Below are positions 1 through 10,916 of a stretch of 64,000 bases of DNA, in pieces. Made by a program: the position numbers and the translations under genes. Below the pieces are notes generated by a model. It ran no database searches. It was not told the DNA's origin and saw only the letters and a list, made by a program, of their open reading frames with translations. Within the stretch, counting starts at the first letter, position 1; each line of letters begins with the position of its first letter. The stretch spans positions 86,645 to 150,644 of the forward strand of contig CAVWBU010000019.1 of the NCBI GenBank assembly GCA_963753345.1, read 5' to 3'. Source of the DNA: an uncultured Fibrobacterota bacterium (GTDB lineage: Bacteria > Fibrobacterota > Chitinivibrionia > Chitinivibrionales > FEN-1185).

Positions 1-2454
1 GAGGCCACGAAAAAGGCCGGGAACGTGTTCCATGCGGTGATGATGGCCGACTCCTCCGATTACCCCAGTTTCGCCCAGTCGCAGATCCAGCCGAGGACCA
101 CCATGGCATGGCACGATTCACTTCATCCGTCCTCGGCTGTTTTGCTTCGTCCGGCAGTCCGGCGTCAGGTTTACGAAACGAGACATGTGATCGACGGCAT
201 TTTTCCCGGGCTCGCGCAGGCCAGCCGGGACATCGGGTGCGTCAACATCCTGCCGAACTCCGACGGCGTCATCCGGGCGGTGCCGGTGCTATACGGGTTC
301 GGAGCCAACCCGCCGGTGTATCTGCCCATAAGCGTTCGAATGGTCGCGACGCTGTTTAAAACCCCCAACCGCGAAATCACGTACAAACCGGGCAGATACC
401 TTGACATAGGGAAACCTTTCAAGGCGTTCAGGGACTCGGCGGGCGCACTCACCTTCTCCTACCCGAACGTCACCCCGCCGCTGGTGAGGGCCATACTCGG
501 CGCGTCGCCCCGTATTCTGCATTGTGTTCGCGGCAGGCCCGTGGAAGTGAGTTCTCGTTTGAAAATAAGAAAGGATGCCGGCGGCACCTGTTTCATCGAC
601 ATGGACTGCGGCTCGTTCCCGGGACCGGTGGCAAAGTCCCTTCTGGGCGCCGGCACGAACAGAATTGTCGCTCTGGCCGAGAAGGACTCGCTCGCCATCG
701 GCCCGCAGGTGTTGGTCAAGCGGACCTCCGGCGCCGAATGGACGCTTTCCGCGCCGCAGATCGACAGCGAATGGACCCTGTCGAGGCTTGATGTGGAGAC
801 CATCGGCCGAGTGGACAGCGCGGAGTTTGACGCACTTAAACCGGGCGAGTCGAAACTCCTGTTCTATGCGTTTACGGTGAAGAATGTTGATGGAAGGCTC
901 GTTTCGACCCTGCCGGTGATCAACGAGTCGGTGCTCCGCGATCTCTGCGCCACGCCGTGGAGTGCCATAACCTCGATGGCGCCCGGCGCACGAATGGATT
1001 TCGGCGCAACGGTACGAATACCGCTTGTCAAGGACGAAGCGAAGGAAGGCAGAGACCTGCATATCGTGACCTATGCCGGGCCCAAGGCCTCGACCTTTGT
1101 CCGCTACAGCTACTGGGACGTCATGAAGGACCGGGTCAAGGGCGGGCTCGAAGGCAAGATCTTTCTCGTGGGCTCCACGGTGCAGGGGCTGTTCGACATC
1201 GTGTCCACGCCCATCGACGACCACTATCCCGGCGTGGAGGTGCATGCGTCGCTTGTCAATTCGTTCCTCACCAACACGTTTGTGCGAAGGCTCTCCGAAT
1301 GGCAGGATTTCCTCATTTTGCTCCTTGTGGCGATGGTGATCGGCATCCTCACCTTCTTCCTCAAGCCGGTGTGGGGGGCCATAGTCGGCGCTGCCGCCAT
1401 TTTCGCATACTTCCTTATCGCCATGACCGTGTTCACCGAAAGCCGCCTGTGGATCGAGATCGCGCGCCCCATCCTCGCCGTTGTGATCACCTTCAGCGGC
1501 GTTATGGTATTGCGCTACATCACCGAGGAAAAGGACCGCAAGTTCCTGCAGAGCACGTTCAAGCAATACCTGTCGCCCGAGCTCATCGACATCATGTACA
1601 GTTCCAAGCAGCAGCCCAAGCTCGGCGGCGACGAGGGAATCCGCACCGCGTTTTTCACCGACATCCAAGGTTTCTCCACCATCTCCGAGAAGCTCGGCTC
1701 GCCCTCGCGGCTCGTGGAACTCCTTAACGAGTACCTCACCGAGATGACCGACATCCTGCTCAGGCATTTCGGAACGCTTGACAAATACGAGGGCGACGCG
1801 ATCCTCGCGTTCTTCGGCGCGCCCATGCCCATGGACGACCACGCGAAACAGGCCTGTCTCACCGCGCTCGACATGCAGGCGCGGCTCGCCGATCTGCGCA
1901 AAAAGTGGGCCTCCGAGGAGGACAAGTGGCCCGCCATCGTGCATGGGATGCGCATGCGCGTGGGCATCAACAGCGGGCCCATCGTGACCGGCAACATGGG
2001 GTCGAGGACGCGGCTTAACTACACCATGATGGGCGACACCGTCAACCTCGCGGCGCGGCTGGAAAGCGCGGCGAAGCAGTACGGCGTATTCATCATGATC
2101 AGCAACTTTACCTACGAGATGGTGAAGAACGACTTCGAAGTCCGGCAGCTCGACAAGATCACGGTCGTGGGAAAATCCGAGCCGGTCACGGTGTTCGAGC
2201 TGCTGGCGGCAAAGGGGAAGCTTTCGCCCGAACTCGTCGCCATGCGCGACCGGTATGCAAAGGGCCTTGCATATTTTTACAAACAGGAATGGGACCAGGC
2301 CATGGAGGCGCTTGCCGAATCGGAAAAACTCGAACCGTACCGCGCGTTTGCAGCGACCTCTCCGAGCGCGGAGTTCATACGATACTCCCGGAACTACAAG
2401 GCGAACCCGCCCGGAAAGGACTGGGACGGGGTTAATAGATTGACGGCGAAGTAG
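1..2454 (+). CDS. CHASE2-type sensor membrane adenylate/guanylate cyclase (class III); 5' end runs off the window
   Basis: Frame 1 is open from base 1 (no stop before the GTG at 25). Long extracytoplasmic-type N-terminal region, hydrophobic helices (FLILLLVAMVIGILTFF, AIVGAAAIFAYFLIAMTVF, ILAVVITFSGVMVL), then the cyclase core FFTDIQGFSTISE ... YEGDAILAFFGAP ... RVGINSGPIVTGNMGS ... YTMMGDTVNLAARLES. Confidence 0.85.
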   Translation, partial: EATKKAGNVFHAVMMADSSDYPSFAQSQIQPRTTMAWHDSLHPSSAVLLRPAVRRQVYETRHVIDGIFPGLAQASRDIGCVNILPNSDGVIRAVPVLYGFGANPPVYLPISVRMVATLFKTPNREITYKPGRYLDIGKPFKAFRDSAGALTFSYPNVTPPLVRAILGASPRILHCVRGRPVEVSSRLKIRKDAGGTCFIDMDCGSFPGPVAKSLLGAGTNRIVALAEKDSLAIGPQVLVKRTSGAEWTLSAPQIDSEWTLSRLDVETIGRVDSAEFDALKPGESKLLFYAFTVKNVDGRLVSTLPVINESVLRDLCATPWSAITSMAPGARMDFGATVRIPLVKDEAKEGRDLHIVTYAGPKASTFVRYSYWDVMKDRVKGGLEGKIFLVGSTVQGLFDIVSTPIDDHYPGVEVHASLVNSFLTNTFVRRLSEWQDFLILLLVAMVIGILTFFLKPVWGAIVGAAAIFAYFLIAMTVFTESRLWIEIARPILAVVITFSGVMVLRYITEEKDRKFLQSTFKQYLSPELIDIMYSSKQQPKLGGDEGIRTAFFTDIQGFSTISEKLGSPSRLVELLNEYLTEMTDILLRHFGTLDKYEGDAILAFFGAPMPMDDHAKQACLTALDMQARLADLRKKWASEEDKWPAIVHGMRMRVGINSGPIVTGNMGSRTRLNYTMMGDTVNLAARLESAAKQYGVFIMISNFTYEMVKNDFEVRQLDKITVVGKSEPVTVFELLAAKGKLSPELVAMRDRYAKGLAYFYKQEWDQAMEALAESEKLEPYRAFAATSPSAEFIRYSRNYKANPPGKDWDGVNRLTAK

Positions 2455-2456
2455 AA

Positions 2457-2521
2457 AAGTTGACGGTTGTCAGTTGACAGTTGACGGAGAATGCAAGAAA
2501 AGAAGTTAAGAGTTAAGAGTG
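2457..2521. repeat. GTTGA-rich short tandem repeat (gttgacggttgtcagttgacagttgacgg ... agaagttaagagttaagag) directly after the cyclase stop
   Basis: Read directly. Related tracts at 7807-7842, 11335-11358, 50525-50578 and 52214-52253. Confidence 0.7.
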
Positions 2522-2624
2522 ATCTCTGATTAGGGGCATAAAGCAGAATACTATATTGATGGACAGCCGACAATCGGGCGGATAGCGGCGCGTAATCCTA
2601 CTAGAAACCCAAAGGGGGTGCAAT

Positions 2625-2831
2625 ATGATCGAAAAAATTATTTTTTTGCCGTTCTGGGTGCTGAGAAGGGTCATAGGCCTTGTTCTCTTTGCCGTGCGGC
2701 TGGTCTTCGGCACCGGTGCGGGCGCGGTGCGGTTTGTTTTTTCCAGACGGCTGGGGACGCTTGTATTGGTTACTCTGGCGTTCCTGGCGGGGAAGAAGTA
2801 TCTGGAGGAGAATAAGAAGAAGGAAGCATAG
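2625..2831 (+). CDS. small hydrophobic protein, unknown function
   Basis: 68-aa ORF preceded by aaagggggtgcaatATG. Two hydrophobic segments and a Lys-rich tail. No family recognised. Confidence 0.4.
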   Translation: MIEKIIFLPFWVLRRVIGLVLFAVRLVFGTGAGAVRFVFSRRLGTLVLVTLAFLAGKKYLEENKKKEA

Positions 2832-2859
2832 AATAATTACAAGCAAGAGTATTCTAGTA

Positions 2860-3035
2860 GGGGAAGGATCTCCCTCGCTGCGAACCGGCGTGCTGCTCTT
2901 ATTCATTGCTCATTTTAATCGCGCGCCGGTCCTCCGCTACCCCCTCCTGGGTAGCCCCCAAGTTGGGCCTGCTGCATGAAACAAACACCTGTGCGGGGGC
3001 ACCCACGAGCAGTAGTTGCACTGAAGAATTAATCT
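2860..3035 (+). repeat. diverged copy of intergenic repeat family 2 (GGGGAAGGATCTCCCTCGCTG ... CCGCTACCCCCTCCTGGGTAGCC ... GGCACCCACGAGCAGTAGTTG)
   Basis: Shares its start, the central CCGCTACCCCCTCC(T/A)GGGT(A/G)GCC block and the GGCACCCA(C/A)GAG..AGCAGTTG end with 50395-50580 and 52076-52256. Confidence 0.6.
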
Positions 3036-3276
3036 CTTAATTCATTCACTGGCGTTTTTTAGTAATGCGCCGGAGTGAAGCGACAAAGCAATCTACTCTC
3101 GATGCTATTCATTTTTATTGTTCTCGCCAATTACCGCAAGTTCATTGCAAATGCTACCGCTTTTTCGTGGTGCCCCTGCAGCTGAAGTTACTTTCCTGCA
3201 AATCAACTCTCTAGGGGGCTACCCACGAGGGGGCCAGGGGGGACACTAATATATATATTTTTATAAATAATAATAT

Positions 3277-4107
3277 TCATCCCGGATTCGCATAACAATA
3301 CATGCACCGGTGCAAGCACTTCTGCAAATACGACCCCACATCCCTGCTCTCAAAACACCCGCATCCTTTCCGCGTGGGCTTAAGGAAAAGTTTCGGGTGC
3401 ACGCCGAACCGGTCTGTCTCGCGCAATAATTCATCGTCAATGCAATGCGCCTGCAAAATGTCCGGAACAAGGCCCAGGACTTCCGGGTTGCAGCAGTTGT
3501 AAAGCTTTATGCCCGCCTTCAGCGTTGCATACAGCAGTTCTTTTCCAAGCGCGGTCCTCTCCTGTTCATCAAAATCATCAAACAAAACGTCCCTTTTTTT
3601 CAACTTTGGATAGTGGCTCATGTACGAGAAATAACAGCGTTTCACGCCGGCCTTTTCAACGTGGGGTAATATGTCAAAGAAGGCTGAAAAATTGGTGACA
3701 ACTTGGCCATCTTTCCTTCTGTATTTGCAAATCGGATCAAACCTCCACATCACCCGTTCCGGTCCCACAAGACCACATAAGCGTGCAAGAGTTTCAAGGC
3801 GATCTGTCAAGGGCGCGACATTGGGCTCCAGGTCAGCGCAATCGTTTATAGTGTAATGGAAAACCGCATTGTTCTGCTCAATCAGCCTTTCAAAATGTGG
3901 GTGCTTGATAAAAGCGGAAAAGTCTTTTGACCAGAAAATATAGCCCAGAACATCAGCGGGTCTAAGCGAAAGCGTGTATGAGCGGCCGTAGCCCGCATCA
4001 TAGCTGATTTCACCCTTCTGCCATGCGTCAAAAAACTCATTGAGAAAAAACCGCGGGACGTCGGTGCGGCGGGAGGCGGAGATGTAGATTGAATGATGAG
4101 AAAGCAT
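3277..4107 (-). CDS. DUF1848-like protein (C-terminal Cys cluster)
   Basis: 276-aa ORF. The N-terminal ISASRRTDVPRFF and C-terminal CGCFESRDVG...CLHRCMYCYANPG fit my memory of DUF1848. G+C is visibly lower than in neighbouring core genes. Confidence 0.7.
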   Translation of the reverse strand: MLSHHSIYISASRRTDVPRFFLNEFFDAWQKGEISYDAGYGRSYTLSLRPADVLGYIFWSKDFSAFIKHPHFERLIEQNNAVFHYTINDCADLEPNVAPLTDRLETLARLCGLVGPERVMWRFDPICKYRRKDGQVVTNFSAFFDILPHVEKAGVKRCYFSYMSHYPKLKKRDVLFDDFDEQERTALGKELLYATLKAGIKLYNCCNPEVLGLVPDILQAHCIDDELLRETDRFGVHPKLFLKPTRKGCGCFESRDVGSYLQKCLHRCMYCYANPG

Positions 4108-4132
4108 TTAGAGAAAATATATCGGACAGAAA

Positions 4133-4954
4133 CTACTTCAGTTTTTCCATGAACCTCTCGTACGCTTTTCCTTCAAGACCTGCGGGTTTGCCTTTGAGAA
4201 GTTTGCGGACGGCGGCAATTTCACTTTTTGAAAAGCGCGCCGCATTGAGCACATGCTCGTCAAACGCGTCAAACGCAATGGGACACACCTTTGTGCTGAT
4301 TGCATGCAGCACCTTTGCGTATTCACGGATCTCCAATTGCGCGTGCGCGTCGAGCCTGAGGGCGAGAAAGCGGAACAGGTTGTGCAAATCGATCTGCCAG
4401 TACCATTCGGTATAGAGCGACAGCGGCAAATTGATGCGTGCGAGTTCGCGCGCGATGTTGTTGTCGAGCAGGTCTTCGTACGTGCCGTACAGTTCCTTCT
4501 GGTATTTGGTGAGGATCGCAAGGACCTTTTCCTGCATCGCGGCGGGCACGGTCTCGGTCGAGCGGCCCTGCTTGTTGCTTTCGCTCTGGAACGCGATGCT
4601 GCCTGTTGACGGAAGGTAAAACTCGGATTTCATCACGCTGTACCTGCCCGAAATCTCGTTGAGCCGCGCGGTGCGGTGCCGTATCCACTGACGCGCAACA
4701 AAGATGGGTAGCTTCACGTGGAACGTGAACACCACCTGCTCGAACGGCGAGGTATGGTCGTTGCGAAGGAGGTAATTGATAAGGCCCTTGTCTTCCCGGA
4801 AGGTTTTGGTTCCTTTCCCGTAGGACACCCGCGCGGCCTGTACAATGCGCGAGTCGTTGCCGAGGTAGTCAACAAGACGGATAAAGCCTTTGTCAAGGAC
4901 CCTGAATTTCCTGTCGAGGACCTTCTCGGCGGCGGGGGAGATGCAATGCGACAT
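4133..4954 (-). CDS. thyX: FAD-dependent thymidylate synthase ThyX
   Basis: ThyX signature WIRHRTARLNEISGRYS (RHRxxS...SxRY). 273 aa. Confidence 0.9.
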   Translation of the reverse strand: MSHCISPAAEKVLDRKFRVLDKGFIRLVDYLGNDSRIVQAARVSYGKGTKTFREDKGLINYLLRNDHTSPFEQVVFTFHVKLPIFVARQWIRHRTARLNEISGRYSVMKSEFYLPSTGSIAFQSESNKQGRSTETVPAAMQEKVLAILTKYQKELYGTYEDLLDNNIARELARINLPLSLYTEWYWQIDLHNLFRFLALRLDAHAQLEIREYAKVLHAISTKVCPIAFDAFDEHVLNAARFSKSEIAAVRKLLKGKPAGLEGKAYERFMEKLK

Positions 4955-5076
4955 CGGTCTGGGTCTCCTGGTTTCATGATTCTGTCAGGACTGTGGAAAC
5001 TGCGATTATGTGATGAAAATACGAGAAGCCTGCAAAAGAGTGAAGCGGGACGTGCTGGTCATCTATGGAGATGTTT

Positions 5077-5616
5077 TTAATTTCCGGCCATTGCCATCAG
5101 TGCGTTCACGGTTTTCCAATTTCTTGTTGTTGCGATGCAGGACAGTTTCTTTTCGAAGGCATTGTTGTTGAGTTTAGTCCTGCCGTAGCCGTGGGGAAGA
5201 CAAAGGAAGATTTCTTTTTCAATGATCTTGAATTCCTCGTCTTTTTCTTTGGGCGTGACGAGAGAAGTGATGGTCTTCTTATCAGGCGTTTGAGCCAGGA
5301 AAGTCACATATAAATACTCGATTTTGGTATTGCCCGATAGAAATGGATTTTCACTCACTATTGTTGATAAATCATTTCCGGTCCGTACCACGGCCGGGAT
5401 TTTAAAACCGAATGTTTTCTGCAATCTTTTCTCAATCATGGATGTGATTTTTCCTGTTTCGCTTTCCGATGCGTCAAACACGATGTTCCCGCTCTGCACG
5501 TAGGTACGGACATCTTTGAATTTGAGGGACTCGAATGCAGAGACCAGGTCGGCCATTTTAACTGGTGCTTTACCCCCTAAATTTATTCCGCGGAGTAGTG
5601 CTACGAAAGTAGGCAT
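5077..5616 (-). CDS. DUF1697 domain protein
   Basis: The N-terminus MPTFVALLRGINLGGKAPVKMADL is typical of DUF1697. 179 aa. Confidence 0.75.
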   Translation of the reverse strand: MPTFVALLRGINLGGKAPVKMADLVSAFESLKFKDVRTYVQSGNIVFDASESETGKITSMIEKRLQKTFGFKIPAVVRTGNDLSTIVSENPFLSGNTKIEYLYVTFLAQTPDKKTITSLVTPKEKDEEFKIIEKEIFLCLPHGYGRTKLNNNAFEKKLSCIATTRNWKTVNALMAMAGN

Positions 5617-5674
5617 TGTGAAATTGACCTCACAGACTATGCGAATGCGGAAGAAGATATAAACGGCAGCATCT

Positions 5675-5865
5675 CTGTTGCCGAGCGTTAGGCCGGACTG
5701 GAGGCCGCGCCAGAGCGCGGTGCCGCCCGGACCCGGCCGCGTACTCGCGGCATAGGGACGAGGCGGCCCGAGGGCGAGCCCGAGACCGGAAGGAGGGCCG
5801 ACCCGAGCCTGAGCAACACCATGAGCGAAGTTGAAGGGCGAAGGCGAGGGGAACGCCCATATTCT
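5675..5865 (+). repeat. intergenic repeat family 1, copy A
   Basis: ctgttgccgaGCGTTAGGccGGACTGGAGG ... GGCGGCCCGAGGgCGAgCCCGAGACCGGAAGGAgGGCCGACCC ... GGGGAACGCCCAtATTCT. Aligns by eye to the six other copies. Confidence 0.85.
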
Positions 5866-5968
5866 TTGTTTGGATTACTATTGCAAGGAGGCCGAGGCCG
5901 GGGGAGACGACCCTTGGAAGTACCCGACGGGGTAAACTTCTCCCCCGCCTCTTTTTTCTTATGGATTA

Positions 5969-7399
<1,431 letters not shown>

Positions 7400-7585
7400 G
7401 ATATGTGATCTCCTTGTTGATGGAAGTAAAATGCGAGGGGGAAAAATAGTTCATGCAGAGGGAAATTCAATACAATCAAGATGGGAAGAATATCTGGTGG
7501 GGACACCACTTCGTGGTTTCCCCTGGGGTGCAGCTTCCTTCCGCTGAAGATCAGCGGGAGGCGATCTGCACCCACACCCTTTCCA

Positions 7586-7639
7586 GCGGAAACGTGCGCG
7601 AGGCGCAACGCTTGCGCGTTGCGGGCGTCACGTTTCCGC
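7586..7639. other. nested perfect hairpin between the pfk stop and the ahcY start
   Basis: Outer arms gcggaaacgtg (7586-7596) and cacgtttccgc (7629-7639) are perfectly complementary over 11 bp. The inner cgcaacgc-ttgc-gcgttgcg forms a perfect 8-bp stem. Confidence 0.6.
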
Positions 7640-7806
7640 AACGCCTTCCTGTAGGAATGCCGCTACGCGGCATGGAAAACTAAAAAAGGTTCATCGCAGT
7701 ATCCGGTTGTCTACAACGCGCGGCAGAGGAAATCTCTTCAGTCAAGGCATGTTGTTGCGCTATCCGGTGAGCGGGGGTGGGTTGCCCGGTCTGATGGATT
7801 TCTGCT

Positions 7807-7842
7807 GTCAACTTTCAACTCTCAACTCTCAACTTTTAACTC
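7807..7842. repeat. TCAACT/GTTGA short tandem repeat abutting the pfk stop codon
   Basis: gtcaactttcaactctcaactctcaacttttaactc read directly. It is the reverse complement of the motif at 2457-2521. Confidence 0.7.
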
Positions 7843-9155
7843 TTTAATAGCAGCGGCTGGCCGGTCCTGTCAATCACATCCCTCCATAGAGGGCTTTCCG
7901 GATCGACCCTGTTCCGCTTTGAGACCGCGAGCCGTATGGGCAGGTGGACGAAGTTGTTATTGACAAGAGAGATGAGCACCTCGGTCTTGCCGGCCATTGC
8001 CGCGTGCACGGCGTTGGACCCCAGCCGCGCGCAGTAGATGGAATCGGTGGTGATGGCGGGCGCGCTGCGGATCATGTAGCTCGGGTCGATGTACTTGACG
8101 CTCACCTCCACGCTCTTCTCGTCGAAGAACGCCTCCACGCGTTGCTTGAGAAACCCGCCGATGTCACCGAGCTTCTTGTTGCCCGACGCGTCGTGGCCGC
8201 CGGTCTCGCCCACAAGGTTCTGGCCCGCTCCCTCGGCAACGAGGATCACGGCGTGATGCCGCGACTCGAGGCGTCTCGTGAGGGATGCAAGCAGGCCTTT
8301 TTCGCCGTCGAGTTCGAACGGGACCTCGGGAATGAGCACAAAATTGACATCGCCGGAAGCGAGCGCGGTGTGCGCGGCAATGAACCCGGAGTCGCGGCCC
8401 ATCACTTTCACGATGCCGATGCCGTTCATCACGTCGTGCGCCTCAACGTGCGCGCTCTCCACCGCCTCCACCGCGAGCGACACTGCGGTCTCGAACCCGA
8501 AGCTCCGCTGGCAGAACGCGAGGTCGTTGTCGATGGTCTTGGGTACGCCGATCACGCCGAGCCTGGTGCCGCGCTTTTTTGCTTCCTCCGAAATGGCAAG
8601 CGCGCCTTTCATCGTGCCGTCGCCGCCGATGGCAAAGAGCATGTTGATGTTCATCTGTTCAACGGCGTCGACCATGAGCGGGATCTTTTCGCCGCCGCCG
8701 CGCGAAGAGCCGAGCAGGGTGCCGCCCATGGCGTGAAATCCGACAATGATGTCGGGCGAGAGGTCGATGGCGGGCACGCCGAATTCGGGCAGCAGGCCGC
8801 GGTAGCCGTAGCGGATGCCGGTTATCCTGCGCACGCCGTAGCGGTGCCACAGGCTCATCACAATGGAATAGATTACGTCGTTGAGGCCGGGACACAGCCC
8901 GCCGCAGGTCACGATTGCCGCATTGACTTTTGCGGGATCGAAGAAGATCTTCTCGCGGGGCCCGGCCATTTCGAGCAGATTCTGCTTTGCAAACATGCCG
9001 GACGAAGATTGCGCAGTTGCGTTGATGTCGTATAATATGAACTGGTCGTCGGTGGCGAAATTCGCTATGAGGTCGTCCGGTTTCTTCGACAGCCTGATGG
9101 GCGACGGTATGTGCGGGGTGCCGAGCATGGGAATGGAAAAGTCGTATTGTTCCAT
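7836..9155 (-). CDS. 6-phosphofructokinase (ATP/PPi donor specificity unresolved)
   Basis: 439 aa. CGGLCPGLNDVI, AIGGDGTMKGA, VPKTIDNDL, MGRDSGFIA. Confidence 0.9.
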   Translation of the reverse strand: MEQYDFSIPMLGTPHIPSPIRLSKKPDDLIANFATDDQFILYDINATAQSSSGMFAKQNLLEMAGPREKIFFDPAKVNAAIVTCGGLCPGLNDVIYSIVMSLWHRYGVRRITGIRYGYRGLLPEFGVPAIDLSPDIIVGFHAMGGTLLGSSRGGGEKIPLMVDAVEQMNINMLFAIGGDGTMKGALAISEEAKKRGTRLGVIGVPKTIDNDLAFCQRSFGFETAVSLAVEAVESAHVEAHDVMNGIGIVKVMGRDSGFIAAHTALASGDVNFVLIPEVPFELDGEKGLLASLTRRLESRHHAVILVAEGAGQNLVGETGGHDASGNKKLGDIGGFLKQRVEAFFDEKSVEVSVKYIDPSYMIRSAPAITTDSIYCARLGSNAVHAAMAGKTEVLISLVNNNFVHLPIRLAVSKRNRVDPESPLWRDVIDRTGQPLLLKS

Positions 9156-9350
9156 AATATTATCTCCTTGAAAACTCCAATGTCTAATTATACAATAAGT
9201 CGCTGAAATGTACGTGGAAAAACCGGTGACGGGAATTCCGGCGCACGGTGATCCGGGTCACGTTTGCGCGGAAAGAAACGCCGCAGCGGAACAAACAGTG
9301 TATTTTGCCGGTCCAATTATTCATTGCCGGCATCGGAAAGAAAGCCCATT

Positions 9351-10853
9351 ATGCGGAAAACTCATGCGTCCATTGTTCTTGCCGCCGCAATGGTTGGATC
9401 TCTCGTGACGAGCCCGGGCGCAGCCCCGGCATCGGGACTGAGCATCCAGAGCGGCCCGGCCATGAAAGTAAACAGGACCGGGCATTACTGCGCCACGCTT
9501 GCCGACGGCCGGGTAATTCTCTTTGGCGGGCACGGTACCGGGTTCGTGTCCCTCAGCTCTGCTGAGATTTTCGTTCCGGCCGCGGATTCCTTCACCTTGT
9601 ACGCGATGAACTATACGCACGACAGGCCGGCATTTGCAAGGCTTCTTGACGGCAGATACCTGCTTGCCGGTGGCGCCGCAGACCTTGGCGTGGCGCCGGG
9701 ATACAAGACAGCGGATATTTTTGACCCAAGCAACAATTCGTTTACCGCGGTCGCTGCCCCGATGAACAACGGCAGAATGACAAGCTGCGCCGCAACCCTT
9801 AGCGACAGCACCGTGCTTATCGTCGGCGGCTGGTACGACAACACCAGTGCGACGTATGGCGAGGTGTTCGATCCAAAGAACGGCACCTTCACCGCCACCG
9901 GTCAATTGAACGTTCCCCGGGCGTGGCCCCTGGCGGTGCCGACGAGCGACGGCAAAGCCGTTGTGTTCGGCGGCATCGGCATTTTCGGCGCTTCAATAAA
10001 GCAGCTTGTCGAACTTTACAATCCGGCAGACAAGAGTTTTGGTGTGCTTGATAGCAGCATATTCGGCCAGGACACGGGCTGGAACAGCGGTTCGCTGGAG
10101 TCCTACGACCGGTCCATGGCCCAGCAGAAACTCCGTGGCGGTGCATACCTGTTTTTCGCGGACAGCGGCAGCGCGTATCAGCTTTTTACGTTTGATCCGT
10201 CGTCAAAAGCGTTCGCAAAGGTCGGCGCGGCCATAACCGACACTACCGTGTCGCTCACCCCACCCATCGTGGACACGCTGCGCAGCCGCGCGTACATCAT
10301 CGGCGAAAAATGGTCTGCGGGCGGGGTTGATTCCGCGCCCATCCAGCTCTGCTGCTACGTTGTCAACACGAGCACCTGGGCCGCCAAGGCCCCGACCGGC
10401 AGGGACACGCTCCCGTCGTCATATTTCATTTCCAGCCCCGGATTCAGCATGCTGAATGACGGACGCATTCTCATGAGCGGAGGAAATTCCGAGACGGGGT
10501 ACAACACAAACTTCTCGCCGATTGACTCAACAAGAATCCTTGTTCCGGATACCTCCGCGCCCACGGGAATCCGGTTCGGGCGGGTGTCGGTCCAGGGCGA
10601 AGGCTCAAAGCTTTACAGCGTGCGACCGGTGGCGGGCGGAATACGGTTTCATTCTTCCATTAGGGAAAACCTGACGATTTCCCTGACGTCAATTTCCGGA
10701 AGGACGGTTGCCGTGTTGTTCATCGGAATCGTTGAGCCGAGCATTTCCTACGATTTTCCGCTCGGAGACAAGCGCCTGGGAACGGGAGTGTACTACTGTT
10801 CCATGAAGAGCGCGACCAAGACAGTGTCGGTGAGGCTGGCGTTGACAAAGTAG
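9351..10853 (+). CDS. secreted Kelch-repeat beta-propeller protein with T9SS-type C-terminal sorting domain
   Basis: The internal ATG at 9351 gives signal peptide MRKTHASIVLAAAMVGSLVTSPGAA. Repeated Kelch-like blades (CATLADGRVILFGGHG, ARLLDGRYLLAGG, AATLSDSTVLIVGGW, PTSDGKAVVFGG). The tail is ...LTISLTSISGRTVAVLF...GVYYCSMKSATKTVSVRLALTK. Confidence 0.75.
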   Translation: MRKTHASIVLAAAMVGSLVTSPGAAPASGLSIQSGPAMKVNRTGHYCATLADGRVILFGGHGTGFVSLSSAEIFVPAADSFTLYAMNYTHDRPAFARLLDGRYLLAGGAADLGVAPGYKTADIFDPSNNSFTAVAAPMNNGRMTSCAATLSDSTVLIVGGWYDNTSATYGEVFDPKNGTFTATGQLNVPRAWPLAVPTSDGKAVVFGGIGIFGASIKQLVELYNPADKSFGVLDSSIFGQDTGWNSGSLESYDRSMAQQKLRGGAYLFFADSGSAYQLFTFDPSSKAFAKVGAAITDTTVSLTPPIVDTLRSRAYIIGEKWSAGGVDSAPIQLCCYVVNTSTWAAKAPTGRDTLPSSYFISSPGFSMLNDGRILMSGGNSETGYNTNFSPIDSTRILVPDTSAPTGIRFGRVSVQGEGSKLYSVRPVAGGIRFHSSIRENLTISLTSISGRTVAVLFIGIVEPSISYDFPLGDKRLGTGVYYCSMKSATKTVSVRLALTK

Positions 10854-10876
10854 AACCATCATTGGCGTGCTGATGG

Positions 10877-10916
10877 GCCTCCGGTGGACAAAGAAAGTTT
10901 GCCGGAGGCTTTTTCT
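10877..10916 (+). terminator. rho-independent terminator after the Kelch gene
   Basis: gcctccgg (10877-10884) pairs with ccggaggc (10902-10909) and is followed by ttttt. Confidence 0.55.

Noticed and set aside
289-1944. 551-aa minus-strand ORF antisense to the adenylate cyclase. Similar long antisense ORFs lie at 6209-7408 (opposite ahcY), 48316-50061 (opposite purL), 52581-54671 (opposite priA), 7944-9035 (opposite pfk) and 57764-58696 (opposite the TatB-like/5-FCL gene).
   Set aside because: Their translations are Arg/Gly/His/Ala-rich and low-complexity with no recognisable motifs. The opposite strand carries clear, motif-rich homologues. These are typical stop-poor shadow frames in GC-rich DNA.
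7400-7835. An SAH riboswitch upstream of ahcY.
   Set aside because: I could not find the conserved SAH-riboswitch core by eye. The structures present look like the local repeat and hairpin families. An Infernal scan is needed to be sure.
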